From the IMG/VR virus record IMGVR_UViG_3300017650_000219, positions 1-28,908 of that record: a stretch of 28,908 bases of DNA, one strand, 5' to 3'. Position numbers and translations under genes: made by a program. The notes beneath the pieces were generated by a model that worked only from the letters and a program-made list of their open reading frames with translations, was not told the DNA's origin and ran no database searches. The stretch is from a virus. Its lineage: Duplodnaviria; Caudoviricetes. The first letter of the stretch is position 1. Each line of letters opens with the position of its first letter. This document shows positions 1 through 8,537 of the stretch, piece after piece.

Positions 1-1116
1 TTACGCAAAATCGCCAGTATTTGGGTCGAACATGTCCCAGAGCGGGGTCGCCGGGTCGATATTCAGTGGCGCGAGATGAATGACGTCGACTGTCTCGGTC
101 TTGTCATCGCCGAGGATGTCTTGCTGAGCTACGGGCATATGGATCGTGAGATGCTCTTCACGCTGTTGTTCGAAGTCGTAGCCTAGCCGTATTTGAACGC
201 CGACCCGAGCTGGCTGCAAAAGCAGCTGACAAGTCGACACTTTGTCATCTGAAAGCGCGTATTTCGCCGGGTCGACGTCAAACGTGTCGAGGAATGTGCC
301 CGGCGTGAAATTGGTGATGGCGCTCTCAGCTACATGCCAGCCCGTATTTTCGCCCACCGGAGTTCCTGGTTGTGGCAGACTTTGAATGAGGTCTTGCCAG
401 CTGAACGTTTGGACGTTGTGATCTACCGTAGGATACGTCTGGACGCCTTTCGCTTCCTGCGTCCACGAGGCGACCACGCGCATCCTCGTTGTCTTCCTTG
501 GAGGATTACGTAGCGACACAGACAAAGTGTCCTCAAAACCATGATGATGGACGTCGTGCGTGACATCGCCATGGATCATCGACGTCCGCTCGATCTGAAG
601 CGTCTTTCTGTTCCAACGCCAGAGTTCTAGACGTCCAGCCAATGCCGACGTCGGATCATCGGACGCATCTCGGCTATGAAACAGGGCGTCGTAGCTCTCG
701 GCTGCATCTCGATCTTCTTCAGAACCGTTTGGGTCATAGTCATCGACCTCCCCCGTACGCAGGGCGTCAGCTGCCGCCTTCAGCACCTCATCTTCGTCTG
801 GCGGCACACACTGAAATCGTAAGACCAAAGTTTGTTGGCCCAGCTCTGATGGTACTGCAATTACACGTCCGCGAGCGAGTTCGACAGCGATGTTATCGGA
901 AGCCAGCCTCTCTGATAGGACAGCATACCTTTCCGCTCGACCTACGCTCAAAAGGCCTAATCCGGGGTTCGGAATCTCGACTTCGAAGCCGGAAACAACG
1001 ATATCGCCTTCTTCTTGCTCATAGATCGAACCACGGATGCAGAACTCGTCTTCACGAACGTGGGCGTCAGGATCGAAAGGTGTGTTCCATGCTGGCAGCC
1101 ACGATAGGTACAGCAT
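1..1116 (-). CDS. Putative tail tip/baseplate-region protein (371 aa from MLYLSW)
   Basis: Second gene after the tape measure. ATG at 1116 overlaps the upstream stop (TGATG) and is preceded by GGAGGAG. Function is inferred from position only. Confidence 0.5.
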   Translation of the reverse strand: MLYLSWLPAWNTPFDPDAHVREDEFCIRGSIYEQEEGDIVVSGFEVEIPNPGLGLLSVGRAERYAVLSERLASDNIAVELARGRVIAVPSELGQQTLVLRFQCVPPDEDEVLKAAADALRTGEVDDYDPNGSEEDRDAAESYDALFHSRDASDDPTSALAGRLELWRWNRKTLQIERTSMIHGDVTHDVHHHGFEDTLSVSLRNPPRKTTRMRVVASWTQEAKGVQTYPTVDHNVQTFSWQDLIQSLPQPGTPVGENTGWHVAESAITNFTPGTFLDTFDVDPAKYALSDDKVSTCQLLLQPARVGVQIRLGYDFEQQREEHLTIHMPVAQQDILGDDKTETVDVIHLAPLNIDPATPLWDMFDPNTGDFA

Positions 1117-1658
1117 CAGACGTCTCCTCCCTCTTCCTCGGCTACCAGCGTCCATGAGACCTGCGCATTCTGCTCATGGGTGCTCGACGTCCAAGGCTCG
1201 GTGACGAAGAGCTTCAAAATAGGGCGGTAAAAAATCCGCACTGGCTCAGAAGCTGGAGCCGCCAGAGTGACGGTTTTCCCAGTGACCGTGAACGCGACGT
1301 CAGCAAAATTCCTGGTGACGCAACGAACCGAACCCGGATGCGGGGTGCGGATCAACGTGCGTGAGGAAGCTCCCGGCTGGATGGCGTCCGATAACTCCGC
1401 TGGCGGTACCAGGGTGAAAGTCTTCCCCGGCCACATGCTCGATAGCGCAGGCGGTCGCATATCGTCGCTGGACGAAATCGTGCAAGCAAAAAGCTTGAAT
1501 TCCTCAGCCGCTAGATTGCGAGCGCGGCCGTTCCAGCTACGGACGATGTGAGCGCTCTCATCGATAGGAGCGAGTTCAACCGTTAGGCCAAGAGCTGACT
1601 GCCAGCCAATAGCGAGGTCGTCAGATATGAGCGTTGTCGTGATGGGAAATTCAGACAT
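1116..1658 (-). CDS. Putative distal tail protein (180 aa from MSEFP)
   Basis: Immediately follows the tape measure gene (ATG 1 nt after its stop). Size and beta-rich composition fit a Dit-like protein. Positional inference. Confidence 0.55.
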   Translation of the reverse strand: MSEFPITTTLISDDLAIGWQSALGLTVELAPIDESAHIVRSWNGRARNLAAEEFKLFACTISSSDDMRPPALSSMWPGKTFTLVPPAELSDAIQPGASSRTLIRTPHPGSVRCVTRNFADVAFTVTGKTVTLAAPASEPVRIFYRPILKLFVTEPWTSSTHEQNAQVSWTLVAEEEGGDV

Positions 1659-1659
1659 C

Positions 1660-4029
1660 TCAAGCGCCCCCATGTTGCATAGAATAGAGGTTTTGCTTGA
1701 GCTTCCGCGCAGTTAGAGCGTCAGCTTGAAGTGTGCCGAGGTTGCGGCCATTCAAGCTCAGATTGACGTCTACGACGTCGCGCGTTCCATTGGATTTTTC
1801 AGCGTAGTATTTCGAGATTTCAGCTGATGGCGGGGTGTAACCATCCCTCGACCAGACGTCGTATACGCCGCCTGGAAGCAGGTTCGGGTCTTGCAGTCCC
1901 ATGTTGGTGTTGATCCCGCGAGACCTGAAATAATCGCCTTTTCGCTTGTCATCCCACATCATAAAATGGCGATCAAACGACGCGTCCATAGACGTCCGGA
2001 TATTTCGGATGTTTTCCTGCCAGCGGCGGTCAGCGGCCGACTTCGCACCCGAGACTTCATAAAGTTTGTTCGCGCCATAGTGGCCAATGAGACCACCACC
2101 AGCAACCGCAGCACCCAGCACACCTGCCCTTACACCTAAAGACATCGCACCAGCAGCTCGCGCAGCACCACCTGCCGCAACACCGCCAGCTACACCACCT
2201 ACTGCCGAAGCTCCGCCAGCAGCTGTTGCGATCCCGGCGATGCCTTTAGCTAAAGCTCCGCCGCCGCCCATGGCGAACAAGGCACCGATGGCTTTTCCCA
2301 ACACGCCGACAGCCGTGGTCGCTGCTCCAAAAAGGCCGATGAACTTCGCCATGCCCACGAACAACAGCATCGTTGTCACGTTCGTGCCAAAGAGCGAGGC
2401 GACTGGCTCTAGCAGGCTGTGGATCGCTGACAGGACGCTCTTCACCATTTCCAAAGCGGCGGTGAAATCGGCACCGAAAGCCTTAGCCTGGTCTCTGATG
2501 TCATTCAGCCATTTGAATTCTGATGCAGACTGGCCGCGAAGGACTGCATAGAGATCCTTGACGAATTTTATCGCTGTCTGGATGCCATCGCGTATTTTGT
2601 TGAGCCATTCGAAACGCGAGTTTTCGCCGCTCCACAGCTTCCTGACCTCTTTGTACATATCCGAGATGAATGCGCGAGCAGTCTTTAGCTTGTCAAACAG
2701 GACGTCGAGCCACTGCGTTTTGAAGCCGGAACGCTTTCCGTTGAACGCGGACACGATGTCGGCGATGAAATTGCGGACATACACGAAGCCAGCTTTGAAA
2801 AGCCCGGCAATCCTCTCCCGGTAACGTACCAGGAACTCTGTCATCGCGTCTGTGCTCTCGGTCAACAATGGCAGCACTTCACGAGCTACCGCTAGGCGGA
2901 CGCCCGCAATCGATCTGCTAAAGTTTTCGGAGGCCGTCGAATATGCAGCACCTATCTGGGCATCCTTCGAGCTAACGACGCCACCCAGACGCTCCAGCTC
3001 TTTTCGGTAATCCTCGATTGCGGACCGCCCACCTTCAAGGAGGGGCACCATCTTCGCGCCCGCGTCTTCACCGAATAACTGGATGGCGAACCGCAGACGT
3101 TGTGTCGGATCTTCTACACGGCGCATGGCGTCTGAAAGCGCAAGCAAGCCTTCCATGCCGCCTTTGCTAGCCTTCTCGACGTCCAACCCATATTTTTCAA
3201 GACCGAATAAAGCTTCGCCGACAGGGCCATACGATCTCTTTATTGAGACCTCGGCCTTCTCTAGTTCTGCCAGCTCTTTGCGCATACCATGTACAAAAGA
3301 TTGGGTCTGAAGGTTGCGATTTTCATACGGAGCCGCCCGCGTGATATAATCTCTGAGCGTGGCTTGGCGTTCCTGTACGCCCGCTAACGAAGACATCCGA
3401 GCCTGACCCACGGCTTCACCAGCAGACGTCAGGCCCTGCACATCCCCCATACGATAAGAAAGAAGACCTTCTTTGCGAGCGTTGTCGCGGAACGACGAAA
3501 AGGCATCGTCCGCCTCCGTGATTTTCTGACGAATACCAAGGAATTCGGAGCCGATTTTCGACAATCCCTTGACGATCTCATCACCAGCGACGCCTTCCTG
3601 AGCCCCAGCGAAGCCCAGCACCGACAGGTCTTCTGGTGACACCCCGAGCGCACGAGATTGTTTAGAGATCTTATCCCATTCGGCACTCGTATCCCGGCTC
3701 ATCTTGATGGCAGCAGCGGATACGCCAGCTAGCGCAGCTACCGCAGACGCCGCGCCGACGGTGATGCCCTTGAACGCAGTCTGAGCAGATTTTTGAAGAC
3801 CACCGAAGCCGACGCGTCCGACGGCCAGACTAGCCGTTTTCAGGCTGGTCAGCGCCCTTTTTGATTTCTCAATATCTTTCTGGAAAGGCTCAAGGGCGTT
3901 GGCACCTGTCTGCCGGATGTTGTTTATGGATTCACGTGCGTTCTGCTGAAATTTGCGAAAGCCGGAGGTGGCCTGAGACATGCCGTCCAGGCTGAATCTT
4001 GTTTTGATTTCCGGCGTCACACTGCTCAC
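1660..4029 (-). CDS. Tail tape measure protein (789 aa)
   Basis: Ala/Gly-rich helical protein after the chaperone pair, with a typical TMP segment (RFAIQLFGEDAGAKMVPLLEGG), periodic Trp repeats (FEWLNKIRD/FKWLNDIRD) and a hydrophobic C-terminal stretch. Confidence 0.92.
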   Translation of the reverse strand: MSSVTPEIKTRFSLDGMSQATSGFRKFQQNARESINNIRQTGANALEPFQKDIEKSKRALTSLKTASLAVGRVGFGGLQKSAQTAFKGITVGAASAVAALAGVSAAAIKMSRDTSAEWDKISKQSRALGVSPEDLSVLGFAGAQEGVAGDEIVKGLSKIGSEFLGIRQKITEADDAFSSFRDNARKEGLLSYRMGDVQGLTSAGEAVGQARMSSLAGVQERQATLRDYITRAAPYENRNLQTQSFVHGMRKELAELEKAEVSIKRSYGPVGEALFGLEKYGLDVEKASKGGMEGLLALSDAMRRVEDPTQRLRFAIQLFGEDAGAKMVPLLEGGRSAIEDYRKELERLGGVVSSKDAQIGAAYSTASENFSRSIAGVRLAVAREVLPLLTESTDAMTEFLVRYRERIAGLFKAGFVYVRNFIADIVSAFNGKRSGFKTQWLDVLFDKLKTARAFISDMYKEVRKLWSGENSRFEWLNKIRDGIQTAIKFVKDLYAVLRGQSASEFKWLNDIRDQAKAFGADFTAALEMVKSVLSAIHSLLEPVASLFGTNVTTMLLFVGMAKFIGLFGAATTAVGVLGKAIGALFAMGGGGALAKGIAGIATAAGGASAVGGVAGGVAAGGAARAAGAMSLGVRAGVLGAAVAGGGLIGHYGANKLYEVSGAKSAADRRWQENIRNIRTSMDASFDRHFMMWDDKRKGDYFRSRGINTNMGLQDPNLLPGGVYDVWSRDGYTPPSAEISKYYAEKSNGTRDVVDVNLSLNGRNLGTLQADALTARKLKQNLYSMQHGGA

Positions 4030-4316
4030 TTTATAAACTCATCCCAAATTTTCTTGTCTCCGGAATTCGCAACCAAGAAAGCTTCAGCCAACTGGATTTG
4101 CTGGCGCTTTTGGTCGCGACGGAGAACGCGCAGTCTCATCATCAGCGCTCGCGGTGAAAGATTTAAGCCTGATATTCCTGTTTCGTTCTCATATGAAATC
4201 GCGTCCTTCACCAAGCCTACGAGCGACCCAGTCAAGTTGAGGCCGCCCTTCCGCACAGGCTTTGGAAGCTTTATTTTGCTGGGAAAACGCCGCTGAGAGC
4301 CGAGTTGAACTTCGTA
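4026..4316 (-). CDS. -1 frameshift extension of the tail assembly chaperone (gpT-like part of a gpGT fusion)
   Basis: The -1 frame is open from the slippery site (TAC GAA GTT CAA ... CCT GTG CGG AAG GGC) into ORF 4026-4256 and ends at the TMP start. Confidence 0.8.
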   Translation of the reverse strand, partial: YEVQLGSQRRFPSKIKLPKPVRKGGLNLTGSLVGLVKDAISYENETGISGLNLSPRALMMRLRVLRRDQKRQQIQLAEAFLVANSGDKKIWDEFIK

Positions 4317-4726
4317 AAAAAATCGTCGAGCGACCCCTCGCCCAAGGTCGTCTTCACGGCTGCGGAAAAAAGAGAAATGGTCAGATCGTCGGGCTTGGTT
4401 GAGATGGTCTGCTCAAAAGCGACGTCGCCCTCGCGACCAGCAGAACACGCGATGAACGCAGCAGCGGCGTCAACGCCTGAATCGAGGAAAACGGACAGCA
4501 GTGATGGCTGCATCTCGTCCGGAAGGATGTTGCCGTCCTTATCGACCTTGGGCTCGAAAAGATCCATCAACTTCGGAAAGCGCTTCACGAGCCGCAGGCA
4601 TTCCAAGATCGTCACTGGACGAAGCCTGACGACCATGCCCAAGATTTCGACGTCTTGGTACGAGTGATCCACGGCTGTCAGCAGGTCATCAATTGACTTC
4701 ACGTCGGGCTTTATAACTGCGTTCAT
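4271..4726 (-). CDS. Tail assembly chaperone (gpG-like, 151 aa)
   Basis: Lies between the tail tube and TMP genes. GAGGAG RBS, and a slippery T7 run near the 3' end. Confidence 0.8.
   Translation of the reverse strand: MNAVIKPDVKSIDDLLTAVDHSYQDVEILGMVVRLRPVTILECLRLVKRFPKLMDLFEPKVDKDGNILPDEMQPSLLSVFLDSGVDAAAAFIACSAGREGDVAFEQTISTKPDDLTISLFSAAVKTTLGEGSLDDFFTKFNSALSGVFPAK
4316..4322 (-). other. Programmed -1 ribosomal frameshift heptamer T TTT TTT
   Basis: Minus strand reads GAT TTT TTT ACG, an X XXY YYZ pattern in the correct phase. Confidence 0.8.
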
Positions 4727-4751
4727 ATAAATTGCTCCTCAAAATGAACTA

Positions 4752-4790
4752 TAAAAATCATAGAGACGGCAGCTAAAAATTCCGCCGTCT
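4752..4790 (-). terminator. Hairpin after the major tail gene, probable weak intrinsic terminator
   Basis: Minus strand AGACGGCGG-loop-CTGCCGTCT followed by CTATGATTTTT. Confidence 0.5.
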
Positions 4791-4799
4791 GTAGGTTGG

Positions 4800-5588
4800 T
4801 TAGGCAGCTTTGGGTATGCTCCGCATCTGGCCGTAGCTCTTGCCAGCACCCTTGCCCGATGTCGCAAAAACGCGGCCCGTGAGCGTTGCGCTGTTCAGAT
4901 TTTCCGTATCGATGGAAGGTACCGCACCGCTCGGGCGCAGTTCGACGTCCCAGTATGTCTGCTCGGTTTCCTCACCAGGCATGCCGTCAGCAACGACGCC
5001 CACGATAACGAGTTCGCCGCGAACGCCGGACGTCGCCATGATGCCAAGGTCCAATAGCTTATCCGCCTCCGTGATTTCCGGAAGTTCGTACTCGATGATA
5101 GCGTCGGTGCCGAAGCCAGCTGGAAGCGCAATAATCTCTACAAAACCCGTGCGGTGCACCGTGTAGTGTGTGTCTTCGATTAGATCGCCATCGTCCCCAT
5201 CGGTGATGGATGTGATACTAGGGTTCAGGCCCTCGATTTTGAAAATGTCCCCAACAGCCACATCTTCCAATGTCATCGTACCACCAGCAACGGCGGTCTG
5301 CGTAAGATACTTTTTCTCAGACATGAAGAGCGCCTGATAGAGAATTTCGGTCCAGGATTCGACGGTGAGGTTGATCGTGCCATCCTTTCCTACAGCCCAG
5401 CTGCCAATCAGACGTCTGTCGCCAAATTCTGCCGAGTAAGATTCTACCTCGGTGATATTGGGCGTGAACTCGACGGTTGGACACGAGCCGAGGCTGACGT
5501 ACTTGTTGGACCCCTTAGGCTTGAAAGCTACCTGCCCGCCCGAAATCCGCTGGGCGTCTGTAATTTGCTGAAATGCGTATGTTGCCAT
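4800..5588 (-). CDS. Major tail tube protein (262 aa from MATYAF)
   Basis: Lies between the tail terminator and the chaperone. Strong TTTTTGGAGA RBS before ATG 5588. YVSLGSCPTVEFTP tube-like N-terminus. Confidence 0.8.
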   Translation of the reverse strand: MATYAFQQITDAQRISGGQVAFKPKGSNKYVSLGSCPTVEFTPNITEVESYSAEFGDRRLIGSWAVGKDGTINLTVESWTEILYQALFMSEKKYLTQTAVAGGTMTLEDVAVGDIFKIEGLNPSITSITDGDDGDLIEDTHYTVHRTGFVEIIALPAGFGTDAIIEYELPEITEADKLLDLGIMATSGVRGELVIVGVVADGMPGEETEQTYWDVELRPSGAVPSIDTENLNSATLTGRVFATSGKGAGKSYGQMRSIPKAA

Positions 5589-5603
5589 TTCGTTCTCCAA
5601 AAA

Positions 5604-6071
5604 TTATTGATGTAAATTCGTTGTCGGGTCGCTGTCCCTGGTCAAAATCGAGCAACTGAAATTCAGAGGCTGGACGACGATAACCCCATCTTGCGTCGGC
5701 TCGCCTGACATCGCTCCGGCACCTGTAAAACGCCAATGCATGAGCTTTCCGGCACCAACACTGGACGGCATCAGGAGCGCCTTTTCGACGTCGGCCGCCA
5801 GCCCATCCAGCAGGTCTTCGGCGTCTTCGTTGCTGTCACGGACAGCTAGCGTGACGACAATATTCATATTGCGTTGGAGGATGCGGTTGCCGACCGGATT
5901 GCGATCCGCCAGCTCCACGTTTTCAGACACTGACACCAGCGCCATCGGAAATTCGGTCCGCTGCGCAGAGCGATAAAGACGGCTCTCAGAATGCACGGAT
6001 GAGAGAGCGGGCAGCGTCTTGAGCACGCCCTTCACACCATCCCTCACCTGCGTTCTCACGTGCGCCATCAA
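5604..6071 (-). CDS. Tail terminator (gpU-like)
   Basis: HVRTQVRD N-terminus, FPMALV and DLLDGLAADVEKAL motifs typical of tail terminators. Directly upstream of the tube gene. Confidence 0.75.
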   Translation of the reverse strand: MMAHVRTQVRDGVKGVLKTLPALSSVHSESRLYRSAQRTEFPMALVSVSENVELADRNPVGNRILQRNMNIVVTLAVRDSNEDAEDLLDGLAADVEKALLMPSSVGAGKLMHWRFTGAGAMSGEPTQDGVIVVQPLNFSCSILTRDSDPTTNLHQ

Positions 6072-6433
6072 TCGTCGTTCTTCCGATAAAGCTTGATCTC
6101 AACCTGAGCGTAGCCATCGCTCCTGCAAGATTCTACGGCGTAGGTGACGCCATTGATTTGCAGCTCGTCGCGGTTCGAAAATAGGACGTCGAGAGCGAGC
6201 TGAGCACGATGCGGAGCAAGACGTCGGGCATCCTCAATGAGCACGAATGCCGTGGGCTGGGCTTCCTCGATCTGCACACCTGCAGCATCTACAGGCGCAT
6301 AAGCATCGTTGAAAATAAGAGTTATCGGAAGCTGGCTTTCGTGATCATAAGGTCGCCAAAAGTGTTCGCCGCGTTCTTTGAAAACGCGGTGAGCTGTCCG
6401 TGCGAGATGTTTGAATGCTGGATGCTTGCTCAT
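6068..6433 (-). CDS. Head-tail joining protein (gpFII-like)
   Basis: 121 aa with a C-terminal DELQINGVTYAVES..SDG...IKL beta motif. Stop/start overlaps with both neighbours. Confidence 0.75.
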   Translation of the reverse strand: MSKHPAFKHLARTAHRVFKERGEHFWRPYDHESQLPITLIFNDAYAPVDAAGVQIEEAQPTAFVLIEDARRLAPHRAQLALDVLFSNRDELQINGVTYAVESCRSDGYAQVEIKLYRKNDD

Positions 6434-7785
6434 GCGACGTCCAGATCGAGAACATCAAGAACAACGCCGTATGGCGACACCGTTGGAGTCGCGGCTACGA
6501 GAACACGGTTCTCTCCCAGACGGATCATATCGAGCCATTTGCCCTGACTGGCCGCCCAAGACATGTCGTAGTCGATGGAGCCGCTCTCCGAGATCACGCC
6601 AGTGTCCGTATCTACTGAGAGATGGACAAGACGACCGGGGTCTGTTGGAGTCGGCCAAGAAGCTGCCAGCAGCGATGTCTGATCATACGGAGTTCCGCAG
6701 ATGAGCGGAGTTCCCGATGCGCCGGAGCTTGATGCCGGGCCCAACAAATAAGGCTGACCGTCGCTATTGATGCCTACTGATATCGTTCGATGAACGCCTC
6801 CTGCCTGCCAGCTCACAATAGCTAGCGTTGGCGACAGAGAAAAAACGGAGATGCCGCCAGCGACGTCGCTCATGAAATGGGTCGTGCCAAGGACCTTCGT
6901 CTGGTCGTCATCGGCCTCAACGACCGAGATGCCCAGTTTCACACCGTCGCTGTCTATGGTGCTGCTTACATGAGCGACGATGAAGCGGTTTTCACTCAGG
7001 TAATCGTAGCTCGGATTGCTCGTAGACGTTCCGACAAATGACATGCCGACAGCACTATCGAGATGGCGGTTGAGTCCCTGCCCGGTTTGAACTCGGGTTG
7101 ACCACAAGTGGCCAGCTCCGGTCGACCCGCCGCGATAAAAGGAGATCGCCGAGGAGTTATTTAGTAACGCAGCGCGGGAATTATTTGACGGCGATATGCC
7201 GCTGGATGCTGTGCTTATAGCACCAGAGTATTGAACTGCTCCTACACTCAAAACCGTATCCGTATAATCAACTTCTATAGAATTCAGGGTACTACTCGAA
7301 CCAGACGCTAGGAAGTAAAGAACTTTTGCGAAATTCTTGGATATAATAGCGACAGAAAAAAGCTTCGCGGAAGATGTCGACAACGAAGATGTTTGATCCG
7401 CGACTTTTTCGAGACCACTTTCTGTTAGCTCGAATATCTTTACCAGTAAGCTAGATCCCACAATTGCAGCCAGCAGAAACCGCGTTGCGGACATAGCGAA
7501 AACCCGGGCTCCATTCGAAATTGACGCCGAAGTCAAGCCATCATTTTCGTGAATTCTCCCGACCGATGTATAACCTTCCCAAGCTCTATCGCCGTAAGTG
7601 AACGCTGGAAAAGGCGGAAAACCTGGGTCTTCATAAGCGCCGAACGGGTGAGCCGAGCGCTCAAGTCGCTTCAGCCTGTTGTCGACTTGCAGGAAGTTCG
7701 AATTCACTTTTGTGAGGCCATCGCGGATGCTGTCTGCATCCTGTGCATTAGGACCGCTGCCCACATTGACTAATTGGATGGTCAT
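6430..7785 (-). CDS. Putative virion fibre/spike protein (451 aa)
   Basis: N-terminus QLVNVGSGPNAQDADSIRDGLTKVNSNF matches the widespread phage fibre attachment motif (xNVGxxPNDGTGDxLRxxxxKxNxNF). It is followed by a short coiled coil and a Ser-rich, beta-repeat body. Confidence 0.65.
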   Translation of the reverse strand: MTIQLVNVGSGPNAQDADSIRDGLTKVNSNFLQVDNRLKRLERSAHPFGAYEDPGFPPFPAFTYGDRAWEGYTSVGRIHENDGLTSASISNGARVFAMSATRFLLAAIVGSSLLVKIFELTESGLEKVADQTSSLSTSSAKLFSVAIISKNFAKVLYFLASGSSSTLNSIEVDYTDTVLSVGAVQYSGAISTASSGISPSNNSRAALLNNSSAISFYRGGSTGAGHLWSTRVQTGQGLNRHLDSAVGMSFVGTSTSNPSYDYLSENRFIVAHVSSTIDSDGVKLGISVVEADDDQTKVLGTTHFMSDVAGGISVFSLSPTLAIVSWQAGGVHRTISVGINSDGQPYLLGPASSSGASGTPLICGTPYDQTSLLAASWPTPTDPGRLVHLSVDTDTGVISESGSIDYDMSWAASQGKWLDMIRLGENRVLVAATPTVSPYGVVLDVLDLDVA

Positions 7786-7789
7786 AAAA

Positions 7790-8095
7790 TTACTCCTGGT
7801 CTTCTAAAATTTCTGGTGCACCCGATGCGAGGCCGGATGTGCTTAAATTTGTTGACGAGCTGTAATGCGCAGGTGCCGATCCACCGGGCTCGATGCTGTC
7901 GATCTGATCCTGCAGTCCGTCGATGAGATCCATGATGGGCGCGAACAATTTGTTGACGGGCGCCGATGCGAACTCACCTTCTATGGCAAGCAGAACTTTG
8001 TCGGTTTCAACTACGACGTCGGCCTCGGGGAAGTCTGCTGGTGTGAGAGGTTCACCCCCGCTCGATGTCGATCTTGGCAGTATGGGAGTCAGCAT
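7790..8095 (-). CDS. Hypothetical virion-associated protein (101 aa)
   Basis: Tightly packed in the operon with a GGAGG RBS. Short coiled coil IMDLIDGLQDQIDSI. Confidence 0.6.
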   Translation of the reverse strand: MLTPILPRSTSSGGEPLTPADFPEADVVVETDKVLLAIEGEFASAPVNKLFAPIMDLIDGLQDQIDSIEPGGSAPAHYSSSTNLSTSGLASGAPEILEDQE

Positions 8096-8098
8096 GGA

Positions 8099-8428
8099 TT
8101 AGCCCTCCAGCACGTAAACGAGAGCAGCCTTGTCGGCGCTGAAATGAAGCACGCATCCTGCATCCACGGAGAAGCTGTAATATCCGCCAGCAGCCAGTGG
8201 CATGCCGAAATCGGGAGTGAATGGCTCACCAGATTTGTCGGTGTAAAAGATAACGTCGGACGTCGGGAAAATCTGGATGAGTGACGTCGTTGACGCCACT
8301 GGGTGCGATGCTGGCGTCTCGGCATCTAGCGAAATTTGAGAGATGTTCATGTGGACGGCGCTCGGTGCGGGATGCGCGGGCATGCCGTTCGAAGGTGCGA
8401 TTGCGGTCTTGACGACGGGAATGGACAT
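8099..8428 (-). CDS. Hypothetical virion-associated protein (109 aa, beta-rich)
   Basis: Has the strong late-gene leader TTTTTAGGAGATTTTTAGATG. First gene after the capsid gene. Confidence 0.65.
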   Translation of the reverse strand: MSIPVVKTAIAPSNGMPAHPAPSAVHMNISQISLDAETPASHPVASTTSLIQIFPTSDVIFYTDKSGEPFTPDFGMPLAAGGYYSFSVDAGCVLHFSADKAALVYVLEG

Positions 8429-8450
8429 CTAAAAATCTCCTAAAAATATC

Positions 8451-8532
8451 TGGCTCCGCGAGAGGTGCTGAAGGCGAGAAGGAGCCAACCGCCTTCAGCT
8501 TTGATGCCCGCGCCAGAGGAGCAGCGCGGGCA
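8451..8532 (-). promoter_or_regulatory. Tandem-hairpin RNA element between the capsid gene and the downstream genes
   Basis: Perfect stems at 8505-8513/8524-8532 (9 bp) and 8467-8476/8490-8499 (10 bp). Loop 8481-8487 is complementary to 8451-8457. Confidence 0.65.
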
Positions 8533-8537
8533 ATTGG

